From assembly GCA_965208615.1 (NCBI GenBank), contig CBDBPB010000003.1, positions 32,001 to 96,000 on the forward strand: a stretch of 64,000 bases of DNA, read 5' to 3'. This stretch comes from Spirochaetota bacterium. Its GTDB lineage: Bacteria > Spirochaetota > UBA6919 > CBDBPB01. The translations under genes were made by a program, and so were the position numbers. Below are positions 50,913-60,931 of this stretch, piece after piece. The first letter of the stretch is position 1. Each line of letters starts with the position of its first letter. The notes beneath the pieces were generated by a model, which saw nothing but the letters and a program-made list of their open reading frames with translations, searched no databases and was not told the DNA's origin.

Positions 50913-52022
50913 TTATATTTTTGACTGATGAGCAATAATTATTAATTCCGTCAGATAAGCAATTTTTGACATAGCCTCTTTATTTATTTTTTTTGCCTGC
51001 TCTTTTCTTAATTCTTTTAGTTTTTTATAATCCCTTTTCCTTATATGATATGGAGCTTCTTCCATATACAAAAAAACATCAATATCTTTTGATGTATATC
51101 TATTATTTAAAATTAGATTAAGTGCTTTATAAAGATTTTTTCTTTTAGTTTTAAGTTTATTGCCATATAGCTTCGTTTTTTTACCTTTTTTTAAAAGCCA
51201 CTTTTTATATTTTTCTGTTATATAATTAGGCATATCCTCAAAATATTTTTTAATAACTATTTTAAACTTAGGATCAGACGGTTTAATTTTTTTTCTTTTT
51301 CTTAAAAGCCACTCTTTATATCTTTTTTTTATCCTCTTAGAAGCCATAGACAAATAATCTATAATGGCTTTATCCCCTTTAGCATTTACAATAAAAGATA
51401 TTGCAAAAATAATAGTACTAATAGCTTGATCATTTTTTTCTGTTTGTAATCTTTTGATTAAGTTGTCCATGTAGTTTTTTTCATCTTGAACCAAAAGGCA
51501 ATAAGTACTAGCCTGTTCTTGTACTAGTCCCATCCTAGGTATATAGAGAAATACCGAAAACTTAGGATAATTAAGAATATTATTAACGGCTATCCATGTA
51601 TTTGCACCCTTAACTCCTAACCAATGAACTGCTTTAAAATATTCAGTAAAATAGACTGTATTATTTGCGTATGGAAAAACAAAATGACCAATAGCATCAG
51701 CCGCAATCTGTAAGTCTTTTTTAGTTTTGGAGTGCTTAATTAATAACGATGAACCATTATATAAAAAAAAGTTATTTTGATTAAAATCCTTAAGCTTTTC
51801 TCTAAGCAAAGGTAAATATATCTTTTTATTTGAATCCACTAAGGACCAAAACTTTTTTATCTCTTTATACTTTTTATTTATAAGTTTTTTACTTGCCTTA
51901 GCTAACTTAAAGTTATAAGTACTATTTAACTTACCCTCAAAAAGCTCTCTATTTGCAAATAGAGGAAAGACTATAAATAAAAATAAAATTACGAAACTAA
52001 ATAACCTAATAAAATTCAACAC
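50913..52022 (-). CDS. Secreted basic hypothetical protein with an internal 37-aa duplication
   Basis: Signal peptide (PLFA); repeated YK.WLL.K.KK.K. Confidence 0.7.
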   Translation of the reverse strand: MLNFIRLFSFVILFLFIVFPLFANRELFEGKLNSTYNFKLAKASKKLINKKYKEIKKFWSLVDSNKKIYLPLLREKLKDFNQNNFFLYNGSSLLIKHSKTKKDLQIAADAIGHFVFPYANNTVYFTEYFKAVHWLGVKGANTWIAVNNILNYPKFSVFLYIPRMGLVQEQASTYCLLVQDEKNYMDNLIKRLQTEKNDQAISTIIFAISFIVNAKGDKAIIDYLSMASKRIKKRYKEWLLRKRKKIKPSDPKFKIVIKKYFEDMPNYITEKYKKWLLKKGKKTKLYGNKLKTKRKNLYKALNLILNNRYTSKDIDVFLYMEEAPYHIRKRDYKKLKELRKEQAKKINKEAMSKIAYLTELIIIAHQSKI

Positions 52023-52049
52023 TATATTTCTTCTTTGATAATTTTTATA

Positions 52050-52682
52050 TTACTTATGTGCCTTACTAATAATAAAGCTTTCTTTTACAAGGCTAACCAA
52101 CTGCCTTGCTTTCTCTTGAACTCTTTGAGTATTGCTTTCAAGAGAAAAGGGACCTATTCTAACATAATATAAAAGTTCACCTTTTTTGTTTTTACCAGTA
52201 AATATATAGGCAGGAAAACCTTTCTTCTTTAACGAGGATAGAGTATTATGGGCATTATTTTTTTCTTTATAAGTGGATACCTGAATAGCATAAGGATTTT
52301 CTTTAGTTAGTCTTTCATCACTATATATAGGTTTTTGTTTTATTCCCTTGTTATTTATTGGCTTATTTATTTGGGGATTTATATTATTTTGTTTTTTTTG
52401 CAGTGTATCATAGTTCATTTCTGCCAAGTTAGTAACTTGTTCTACTTCTTTTAGATATGAATGTGTAATATTATTATTGGTTATCAGTTTTTTGAGTCTT
52501 TCTTTTTCTGGAGTATTATCCTGTTTTATTGCAAGATAATTAGTACTACTACCGAGCCAATATCCGATTAAAAAGAAAAGCGTAAGACAAAATAATGATG
52601 TAGCTATAATCCAAAATACTCTAGTTAGATCCAGGTTAATAATATACATACCATGTTTCTTATCCTGATTTTGTTTATCCAT
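52050..52682 (-). CDS. SPOR-domain cell division protein
   Basis: N-terminal TM (FLIGYWLG), C-terminal YAIQV..Y....NA, YYVRIGPF. Confidence 0.88.
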   Translation of the reverse strand: MDKQNQDKKHGMYIINLDLTRVFWIIATSLFCLTLFFLIGYWLGSSTNYLAIKQDNTPEKERLKKLITNNNITHSYLKEVEQVTNLAEMNYDTLQKKQNNINPQINKPINNKGIKQKPIYSDERLTKENPYAIQVSTYKEKNNAHNTLSSLKKKGFPAYIFTGKNKKGELLYYVRIGPFSLESNTQRVQEKARQLVSLVKESFIISKAHK

Positions 52683-52703
52683 GACTTCCCCTTTAACATA
52701 ATG

Positions 52704-53330
52704 TTAATTTAATATATCTTTTTCAATCTCGATAATTAAACTTTCAGTTTTTTTTAATAATTTATTAATATTACCGTCATTAATCATACAATAGTCGGAA
52801 TATTCCTTAGTTAATTTGATATTATATTGACTTTTTAGTCTTTGGTTAATATTATCCTTAGTAATTTTATCCCTTTTAATAGCCCAATTTATAATCTGTT
52901 TCTCAGTTGCGGATACATAAATAATCTTATGACAAAATAGATTTAACCTCATCTTGTGCAAAATAGCGGCATTAATAAGGATTTTATTATGTTTATTTTT
53001 TTCTATTATTGTTTTGATTTCTTTTACAATAAAAGGATGAACAATATTTTCCAGTTGTTTTAGGGATTTCATATTATGAAATACAATATTACCGAGTTTT
53101 TTTCTATCGACGTTGTCATAATCGTTTAGAATAGATATACCAAATTGCTTAATAATATCATTTTTCTTTTTTTCAAGGGCAATATGTCCAATACAATCAG
53201 CCTCGATAATGTAATAGCCATTTTTAGCAAATATATTAGCAATAGTAGACTTTCCACTAGCGTATAAACCAGTTAGACCTATTATTAATTTATTTTTGAA
53301 TATATCATAATTTAGTTTAATGAGCTTCAT
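52704..53330 (-). CDS. coaE: Dephospho-CoA kinase
   Basis: IGLTG..ASGKST, DR.KLG.IVF, LE.IVHP; start set at ATG 53330, overlapping the polA stop. Confidence 0.9.
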   Translation of the reverse strand: MKLIKLNYDIFKNKLIIGLTGLYASGKSTIANIFAKNGYYIIEADCIGHIALEKKKNDIIKQFGISILNDYDNVDRKKLGNIVFHNMKSLKQLENIVHPFIVKEIKTIIEKNKHNKILINAAILHKMRLNLFCHKIIYVSATEKQIINWAIKRDKITKDNINQRLKSQYNIKLTKEYSDYCMINDGNINKLLKKTESLIIEIEKDILN

Positions 53331-56115
53331 CCCAGTTTTCACCGTAGGCAAGGGATATTTTAATAGGTATCAATAAATTAGTAGCAGACTCCATTGTATT
53401 AATAATCATATTTTTCATTAGATTTACTTCACTTTTATGCACTTCAAAAACCAATTCATCGTGCACTTGGATAGTCATAAAGCTTTTCAATTGTTTTTCA
53501 CGAATTTGCTTATCAAGCCTTACCATGGCAATCTTAATAATATCAGCAGATGTACCTTGAATAGGGGTATTTAGAGCTAAACGCTCGCCAAACTTGCGTT
53601 CAGGAATACTATTACTATTAAGTTCAGGTATATAACGAATTCTATTAAATAATGTAGTAACAAATCCGGATTTATAAGCGAGTTCTTTTTGAGTTTCTAT
53701 ATACTCCCTTACCCCCTTATACTCGTCAAAATATCTATCAATAAAGTTTTTTGCCTCTTTAGCACTAACTTTTAAGTTTTTAGATAAAGCATTAGCTCCT
53801 ATACCATAAATCACAGAAAAGTTAATAGTTTTAGCAATACGCCTTTCATCATTGGTAATATGGCTTTTACCAAAGATCAACTTTGCTGTTTGACCATGAA
53901 TATCCTTATCATTAGTATAGGCCTCTATTAACCTTGGATCTTTTGAAACATGAGCAAGTATCCTAAGCTCAATCTGGGAGTAGTCTGCACTCATTATAAT
54001 AAAGTCATTTTTTGCTATAAATCCTTTTCTTATATTACGGCCAATGTCTTCTTTTATAGGTATATTTTGCAGGTTAGGGTTATTTGATGATAGACGTCCT
54101 GTTTGGGTGATAGCCTGGTTAAACGATGTATGCACTCTATTATTTTTATCAGCAAGTTTTGCTATAGAGTCAAGATAGGACGACTTTAATTTATTTAATT
54201 TTCTATATTCGAGAAGATTATAGGGTACTTCGTGTTTATCCGATAAGGACTCTAATACAGATACATCAGTTGAATATCCTGTTTTAGTTTTCTTACCCGG
54301 TTTTAGTTTTAGCTTATTAAAAAGTACATCGCTAAGCTGTTTGGGCGAGTTAATATTAAACTTTATACCAACAAGATCATGTATATAATTTTCAAGAGCT
54401 TTTAACCTTTCATCAATAGTCAAGGACATATTTCTAAAGTGTTTAATATCAATGAGTACTCCATTAATTTCCATTTTTGCAAGGACAAAAATTAAAGGTA
54501 GCTCAACATCATAATACAAGCTATGCAACATAGAGTTATCTAATAAGGATTTTAACTTTTCATAAAGACGCAGGGTTATATCAGCATCCTCACAGGCGTA
54601 GTTTAGTACCTTATCAAAGGTTATATCCAAAAGAGTCTGATTTTTACCAACTATATCACTATATTTTACCGTATCATAATTAAGGAATTCCTTAGCTATA
54701 TAGTCCATTCCATGACTATACCTACCAGGATTTAAAAGGTAAGATGCAATCATAGTATCAAAGATAACACCATTGAGATTTATATTGCATTCTCTTTTCA
54801 GGACAATATAATCATATTTAATATTTTGTCCTATTTTTTTAATATTATCGTCCTCACAAATATATTTTAGGTCATCATAAACGCTATCCCAAGTCAGATT
54901 ATAGTTATCCCACTGACTGCTCCATATACTAAAGGGCTGATCATTATTAAATAAGTCATTATTATTTATACTCTTAGGCATTATGGGCATAAAGTAAGCA
55001 ACTTTAGGTTTAGTAGAAAAGGAAATACCTATAATTTTAGCTTTCATAGGGTCTTCTGAGTTAGTTTCGAGGTCAATGGATAATAACTTATGATTTTTAA
55101 TTTCTTCAATTAGTTTTTTAAAGTCCTCAAGATTAAGGATTGGACTATAGTTAATATTACTATATAGTTTTTCATTTAATTCTTTTTTGTAGTTAGTTAT
55201 GTTAACATTACTATTTATTTCATTGTATGATTTATGTTTAAGAAAGATTTCATCTCTTAGTATGGTGAATAGTTCATAATGTTCTAGTAGTGCAATTCCT
55301 TCTTTGCTATGGAGGCTTGGATTAGCAAAGTTATTTAGGCTAAAGTCAATTGGAACATGACGATCAATAGAAACTAGTTTTTTACTAAGAAAAGCATTTT
55401 CTTTATCATTTATAAGGGAGTCTTTTAGTCTTTTTTTAATAACTTTATCAATGTTATTATAAATATTATCCACGCTATCGTATTCGTTAATTAGCTTCAG
55501 TGCCGTCTTAGGACCAATACCCTTTACACCAGGTATATTATCAGAGCTATCCCCCATTAGTGCAAACAAATCTATGATTTTATCAGGATAAACGCCCCAT
55601 TTTTCTTTAACTTTATTTTCGTCGTATTTTACTAACTCACTGACTCCTTTTGACGTAGTTAAAACTTTAGTATTACTTCCCACCAGCTGTAATATATCCT
55701 TATCCCCAGTTATTATGTATAAGTCGATATTTTGGTTTTTATATTTTTCACAGATAGTACCAATGATATCATCTGCCTCATAGCCGTTTTTTTGTAGCAT
55801 AAAGAGTTTAAACTTATCAATTAGATCGATTATCAATGGAATCTGTATTTTTAGGTCATTAGGCGGATCAGATCTATTTGCCTTATACTCGCTATACATA
55901 GTATGTCTAAAAGTGGCTACAGGGCTATCCAGAGCTATAACAAAGTAATCCGGATTATAGTCCTTAAAGAATTTTATCAACATACGAACAAAGCCAAATA
56001 TAGCTGATGTAGGTTCACCTTTTGAAGTTCGTAATGGCGTATTTATAAAGGCATAAAAGGCTTTAAAGATTATAGTAAAGCCATCCATTATAAATAATTT
56101 TTTTTTATTTTTCAC
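53317..56115 (-). CDS. polA: DNA polymerase I
   Basis: 5' nuclease (EADD, GD.D, GDSSDNIPGV.GIG), 3'-5' exo (DLET), TGRLSS.NPNLQNIP, ADYSQIELR, AK.INF..IYG, QVHDE. Confidence 0.97.
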   Translation of the reverse strand: MKNKKKLFIMDGFTIIFKAFYAFINTPLRTSKGEPTSAIFGFVRMLIKFFKDYNPDYFVIALDSPVATFRHTMYSEYKANRSDPPNDLKIQIPLIIDLIDKFKLFMLQKNGYEADDIIGTICEKYKNQNIDLYIITGDKDILQLVGSNTKVLTTSKGVSELVKYDENKVKEKWGVYPDKIIDLFALMGDSSDNIPGVKGIGPKTALKLINEYDSVDNIYNNIDKVIKKRLKDSLINDKENAFLSKKLVSIDRHVPIDFSLNNFANPSLHSKEGIALLEHYELFTILRDEIFLKHKSYNEINSNVNITNYKKELNEKLYSNINYSPILNLEDFKKLIEEIKNHKLLSIDLETNSEDPMKAKIIGISFSTKPKVAYFMPIMPKSINNNDLFNNDQPFSIWSSQWDNYNLTWDSVYDDLKYICEDDNIKKIGQNIKYDYIVLKRECNINLNGVIFDTMIASYLLNPGRYSHGMDYIAKEFLNYDTVKYSDIVGKNQTLLDITFDKVLNYACEDADITLRLYEKLKSLLDNSMLHSLYYDVELPLIFVLAKMEINGVLIDIKHFRNMSLTIDERLKALENYIHDLVGIKFNINSPKQLSDVLFNKLKLKPGKKTKTGYSTDVSVLESLSDKHEVPYNLLEYRKLNKLKSSYLDSIAKLADKNNRVHTSFNQAITQTGRLSSNNPNLQNIPIKEDIGRNIRKGFIAKNDFIIMSADYSQIELRILAHVSKDPRLIEAYTNDKDIHGQTAKLIFGKSHITNDERRIAKTINFSVIYGIGANALSKNLKVSAKEAKNFIDRYFDEYKGVREYIETQKELAYKSGFVTTLFNRIRYIPELNSNSIPERKFGERLALNTPIQGTSADIIKIAMVRLDKQIREKQLKSFMTIQVHDELVFEVHKSEVNLMKNMIINTMESATNLLIPIKISLAYGENWDEAH

Positions 56116-56331
56116 AATTTACTCCTAATTAGACATAATAATTAAAGTCTATTAGTTAGTTTATAAGGCTGTTAATTGGTAGTTTATTAATTATAGTAAA
56201 TTATTTTTCTTAAGCTTAATAGTTTTTTTATTTTCTTATTGTTAGTTGCCAATAAGCAGTATTGAACTTGTTTTAGTTTTATATCATGGTTATCTTAGAG
56301 GTATAAATTCAATATAACACTTTTCAATTAG

Positions 56332-56508
56332 AACATTTTTGTAAAAGCTTTAAAAAAAGGTGAAACTCGTACTGAAGACGAAAAGTCCTGGACTACTGCT
56401 TATAGTGATCTACAAAAGGCTATTGTGGAGGAAGATGGCAGTTTTATAAAAAAGAAGAATGCAAAAGACCTATCTGGAAAAGACTTAGCTAATATCTACA
56501 TACCTTAA
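56332..56508 (+). pseudogene. Remnant of a surface or beta-helix protein gene
   Basis: Startless frame NIFVKALKKGETRTEDEKSWTTAYSDLQKAI..., resembling the IYV...G.SW..AY.DLQ.A motif; stops upstream. Confidence 0.5.
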
Positions 56509-56509
56509 T

Positions 56510-57988
56510 TTATAAAGGTTTACTTAATTTAAGTCTATTAAGTGCAGGCTGTATTAGATTTGGATGTACACCTCTAATTTGTTTTACTAAAACATTCATC
56601 ATATTTTTAATATCCCACTGGGCTTGATCGGTCATTCGTAGATTTATAAGGTGATATAGCTCCCAAAGACTAAACTCACCAATTACTCTACGATAATGTC
56701 CATTAGTAACTGTATAGTGGGCTGTAAAAGGGCATAACTTTTCTAATAACCTAAACATATCAAAACTTTTGTCCATAGCCGTATTATAAATATTTGTTAA
56801 GTTAGCCTCTTCTATTTTAGGCGGGACTATATAATCATTATCCACTGTTGGATATTGCCATGTAAAGTTAACTTTTCTGTGTCGTAAAAATTGATGCCAT
56901 AAGCTTTCTGATATATTAAATTCAGCTTTATACATAATGCTTTCAAACGAGTTAGGAGGGGTATCATAGGTGCTAAAATTATGGATGATTTTATTAAATA
57001 AGCTTATTTTATCATTATAGCTTTTTTTCTTAATATTGTTAGATACACCGGATATACTATTATTACTTTGTTCATAGAGCATAGTTTTTAGGATAATATT
57101 TAATGCCGTCTCTTCGGGGTTAGGATTATTTTTTCCTGTAAAGTCCAATAACAAAGCCATAGGTTTTGTTTTATTATTTTCTATTTTGTAATTATTAATT
57201 TCGTTAATTATAATTTCTTTTGATTTGATTGTAAAGTCGTTTACATTGGCATACTTAACCAGAGTAGGTAAAACAGACATAACTTCTTTTTTAATAGCCT
57301 CACCGTTAATACGTACTTCTGTGTATTCACTGGATAGTAAATTAGTTATTGTATTCTCTATAGCTCTTGCATTAGCGGTTATCCCTAGATTAGTAAAGGT
57401 AGATAGGGTTAATACATAGCGTGCATCTTCGAATGATAGTTTTTGTATACGGTTATGATATGAGCTTTCATTTTCATTAGTGGGTTTAGTTTTTTGGTAG
57501 TGGGATATTAATAATTTTAGTAGGTCTTGATATATGTTATATATATCATTTTGGAAGGTTAGATATTTATTTTTGAGTTTACTATTTTTATTTAGTTCTT
57601 GTGGTATATAGAAGTCGCCTTGTTTGGGCATTTGATATCTTTGGGAATACTCTATGGGGGATATATATAAGTTAGACCTCTCTAATATGGCAGAAAATAA
57701 TCTGGATACCTTTTCTATACCAAGATGGACTGTAGCAAGTTCAGCTACTGAGGCGTGTCCATAGTTTAGTACCCATTTTTCGTGGAACTCTTTAGCCTTA
57801 TCTTCTGTTACCTGTAATAGGTTATCCCTAAAGCTGTTTGGACTACGGCTTACATAAGCAAATATTACTGCTATTACTTCCTCTGGCAGGTTGGATATGC
57901 TATATATATTTTCGTTTAGGTTGGATACATAATTTAGTAATTGTTGTTTATTATTGTTCATATAATTTAGCTTTATTACTTTATTCAT
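56510..57988 (-). CDS. thyX: Flavin-dependent thymidylate synthase with two tandem ThyX domains
   Basis: YGH.SVAE, EYSQRY, EDARY.L, NAR in domain 1; HQFLRHR, LR...AQWDI in domain 2. Confidence 0.88.
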   Translation of the reverse strand: MNKVIKLNYMNNNKQQLLNYVSNLNENIYSISNLPEEVIAVIFAYVSRSPNSFRDNLLQVTEDKAKEFHEKWVLNYGHASVAELATVHLGIEKVSRLFSAILERSNLYISPIEYSQRYQMPKQGDFYIPQELNKNSKLKNKYLTFQNDIYNIYQDLLKLLISHYQKTKPTNENESSYHNRIQKLSFEDARYVLTLSTFTNLGITANARAIENTITNLLSSEYTEVRINGEAIKKEVMSVLPTLVKYANVNDFTIKSKEIIINEINNYKIENNKTKPMALLLDFTGKNNPNPEETALNIILKTMLYEQSNNSISGVSNNIKKKSYNDKISLFNKIIHNFSTYDTPPNSFESIMYKAEFNISESLWHQFLRHRKVNFTWQYPTVDNDYIVPPKIEEANLTNIYNTAMDKSFDMFRLLEKLCPFTAHYTVTNGHYRRVIGEFSLWELYHLINLRMTDQAQWDIKNMMNVLVKQIRGVHPNLIQPALNRLKLSKPL

Positions 57989-58230
57989 AACAAATTATTC
58001 GGGATATTTCATTAATTATGAATTATTTTTTGTTTTATTTTGTTATTGATGGTTTATGTTCAAAGGGGTTTATTAGTATATTAAAATTTAATTTTTATTT
58101 TTTAAGGTTTGCTAAAATTGTTATATTTTTATTTTCTATATATGAATATAATTATATTGTTTATTTTTATAGATATTATATGATATTATTTTTGATATAG
58201 CAATCTAACATTAATTTTTAAGGAAATCAA

Positions 58231-59490
58231 ATGGCTAATAATGATGATCAAAAAGAGGCTGGGTCAAAGGAAGCTAAGGCCAGTAAAGAAAAAAAGCCTT
58301 TAAAGATTAAAAAACAAGAACCTAAAGATTTTGGTATTCCAGATTTATTAGTTACATCATCTCCACATATAAGGTCTAAGGACAGTATTAAAACTATAAT
58401 GTGGGGGGTATTTTTTGTTTTATTACCTGCGGCTATTTGGGGTATTATTCATTTTTCTTTAGGGGTTAATTTAGTATTATCGGGTTCTGTATTTTTTGAG
58501 TATGACGCTGATTTGGTTAAAAATGGATTTATTATTACTATTTTGACTAGTAAGGCGTTACATCATTTATTAGTGGGCATTATTTTTTCTGTTTTGACTG
58601 AGGGTATAATTAACTATATTAGAAAGCAAAGGGTAACCTATTTTGATGGTAGTGCCGCTCTTACTGGTATTTTATTAGCTATGACCTTGCCCCATACTGC
58701 ACCTTTATTCGTAACTGGGATTAGTTCTGTATTTGCTATTTCGGTTGTAAAACATTTATTTGGCGGATTAGGAAGTAATTTTTTAAATCCTGCTTTAGCT
58801 GGTAGAGTATTTGCTGGTGCTGCTTGGCCTGCTATTGTGTATAACCAAGAAAAATATGTTATAGATTCTACGTCATCGGCTACACCTCTTGAGCTAATGA
58901 AGAACGTAAAGATTTTGAGTGCAAAAAAAGAAGAATTAACTATGGATCTTAATAGTGCTACTGATAAGCAAGCTGATATTATTAATACTCAGATTAATGA
59001 TATGACCAGTAATATTAGTGGTTTTGAGAATGAGGTTGCTAATTATAATTGGTTTGATTTAATATTTGGTAATACTGGTGGGTCTATTGGTGAGGCATCA
59101 GAGGTTTTATTATTAGTTGGAGCTATTTATCTTTTTATTAAGCATTATATTACATTTGAGGTTCCATTTAGTTATATTGGCACGGTATTTATATTGAGTT
59201 ATTTTATTGGTGGAGTTGATGTTTTTGATTTAGGTTTTGCTTTGTACAGCATATTATCCGGGGGATTAATTTTAGGTGCTTTTTATATGGCAACTGATAT
59301 GGTCACAATACCTCTTTTGTGGAAGGGGCGTCTTATATTTGGCATTGGATGCGGTATAATAACGGTTTTTATTAGGTTGTATGGTGGTTATCCTGAGGGT
59401 GTTGCTTTTGCTATACTGCTTATGAACCTTGTTACTCCATTTATAGATAGGATAACTGTTCCGAGGATATTTGGTCATGCGAAACAGTAG
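58231..59490 (+). CDS. rnfD: Rnf complex subunit D
   Basis: SSPH, DGSA..TG.LLA, FGGLG.N..NPA, FMN site SATPL, GSIGE, MATD, GGYPEG. Confidence 0.95.
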   Translation: MANNDDQKEAGSKEAKASKEKKPLKIKKQEPKDFGIPDLLVTSSPHIRSKDSIKTIMWGVFFVLLPAAIWGIIHFSLGVNLVLSGSVFFEYDADLVKNGFIITILTSKALHHLLVGIIFSVLTEGIINYIRKQRVTYFDGSAALTGILLAMTLPHTAPLFVTGISSVFAISVVKHLFGGLGSNFLNPALAGRVFAGAAWPAIVYNQEKYVIDSTSSATPLELMKNVKILSAKKEELTMDLNSATDKQADIINTQINDMTSNISGFENEVANYNWFDLIFGNTGGSIGEASEVLLLVGAIYLFIKHYITFEVPFSYIGTVFILSYFIGGVDVFDLGFALYSILSGGLILGAFYMATDMVTIPLLWKGRLIFGIGCGIITVFIRLYGGYPEGVAFAILLMNLVTPFIDRITVPRIFGHAKQ

Positions 59491-59529
59491 CTTTTATTTA
59501 TGTTTTTTTAGTCTGGAGGATTATTTATA

Positions 59530-60207
59530 ATGAGTACTATGACTGATTTTACTAGTCCATTTTTTAAAGAGAATCCTGTATTAACATTGTTATTAGGTTT
59601 ATGTCCTGCTTTAGCTGTATCCAATCAGGCTATTAATGGTTTGGGTATGGGGATTGCTACTACCTTTGTTTTAATTGGCTCTAATGTTGTAGTATCCTCG
59701 TTAAAGAAGTACATACCTGATAAGATTAGAATACCGTCATACATTATAATAATAGCCTCTTTTGTTACACTGGTAAAGATTTTGATGAAGGCGTATATGT
59801 ATGATTTATCTTTAGCCCTTGGTATATTCATCCCACTTATTGTGGTTAACTGTATGATTTTGGGTAGGGCAGAGATATTTGCTAGTAAGAACAGTGTATG
59901 GAGGTCATTTATAGATGCTCTGGGTATGGGAATATCATTTACTATTACCCTTACGATTTTATCTATACTCCGTGAGGTACCTGGTAGTGGAGAGATTACA
60001 TTTAAGTTAAACTATGGCGAAGAGGTGTTGGGAACGGTTTATGATTTAAAGCCATATTTTACTATGATTGGTTTAGAGATAAAGGGTAAGGCATCATCCA
60101 TATTGGTATTTATAATGCCTGCTGGAGGGTTTATTGTACTGGGTTTATTTTTAGCTTTATTTAACAGGTTAACCACTAAGACTGAGAGTAAAGGTGGACA
60201 CTGTTAA
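59530..60207 (+). CDS. rnfE: Rnf complex subunit E
   Basis: ENPV...LLGLCPALAV, IRIP, FIPLIVVNC..LGRAE. Confidence 0.95.
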   Translation: MSTMTDFTSPFFKENPVLTLLLGLCPALAVSNQAINGLGMGIATTFVLIGSNVVVSSLKKYIPDKIRIPSYIIIIASFVTLVKILMKAYMYDLSLALGIFIPLIVVNCMILGRAEIFASKNSVWRSFIDALGMGISFTITLTILSILREVPGSGEITFKLNYGEEVLGTVYDLKPYFTMIGLEIKGKASSILVFIMPAGGFIVLGLFLALFNRLTTKTESKGGHC

Positions 60208-60260
60208 TTTATACATTATTGTTTGGAGAAAAGTGATATATTAATATAGACGAGGTTATT

Positions 60261-60872
60261 ATGGAATATTTATCAGTTTTTGTTGCCGCTATATTTGTTA
60301 ACAATTATGTATTAACAAAGTTTCTTGGTATATGTCCGTTTATAGGGGTTTCAAAGAAGTTGGACTCTGCAATAGGTATGGGTTTTGCTGTAACTTTTGT
60401 AATGACATTAGCCGCAACAGTTACTTATTGGGTGTATAAGGTTTTGGTATATTTTAATATTGAGGTATTTGATACTCTGGCATTTATTTTAGTGATTGCA
60501 TCTTTAGTCCAGCTTGTCGAAATGATCATAGAAAAGTTCACACCTCATTTATATAAGAGTTTGGGTATATTTTTACCGCTTATAACCACTAACTGTGCGA
60601 TATTAGGTTTAGCTCAGTTAAACATACAATATTTACAAGAGCCGTCCTATAGGTTTAATTTTATAAAGAGTGTTGAGCAGGGTTTTGCATCGGGTATAGG
60701 TTTTACTTTGGCATTAGTTTTGATGGCCGCTGTAAGAGAGCGTTTAGAGTTTGCCAATATCCCAAGAGTATTTAAGGGAGCACCTGTTACATTTATTGCT
60801 GCTGGTCTTATGGCATTGGCTTTTCAGGGTTTTGCTAATTTAGTATCCCTTAAGGTATCTTTAGGGAATTAG
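60261..60872 (+). CDS. rnfA: Rnf complex subunit A
   Basis: NN.VL.KFLGICPF.GVS, LGIFLPLITTNCA.LG, RERL. Confidence 0.95.
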   Translation: MEYLSVFVAAIFVNNYVLTKFLGICPFIGVSKKLDSAIGMGFAVTFVMTLAATVTYWVYKVLVYFNIEVFDTLAFILVIASLVQLVEMIIEKFTPHLYKSLGIFLPLITTNCAILGLAQLNIQYLQEPSYRFNFIKSVEQGFASGIGFTLALVLMAAVRERLEFANIPRVFKGAPVTFIAAGLMALAFQGFANLVSLKVSLGN

Positions 60873-60931
60873 CTTTTTTTATTAACTTTATTTATAAAGA
60901 TAGTTATAATTTAGAAAAGGGGTAAGTTAAG

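Noticed and set aside
58018-58200. 60-aa ORF between thyX and rnfD (possible missing Rnf subunit)
   Set aside because: T-rich F/Y/I low-complexity frame in a divergent promoter region; no Rnf motifs
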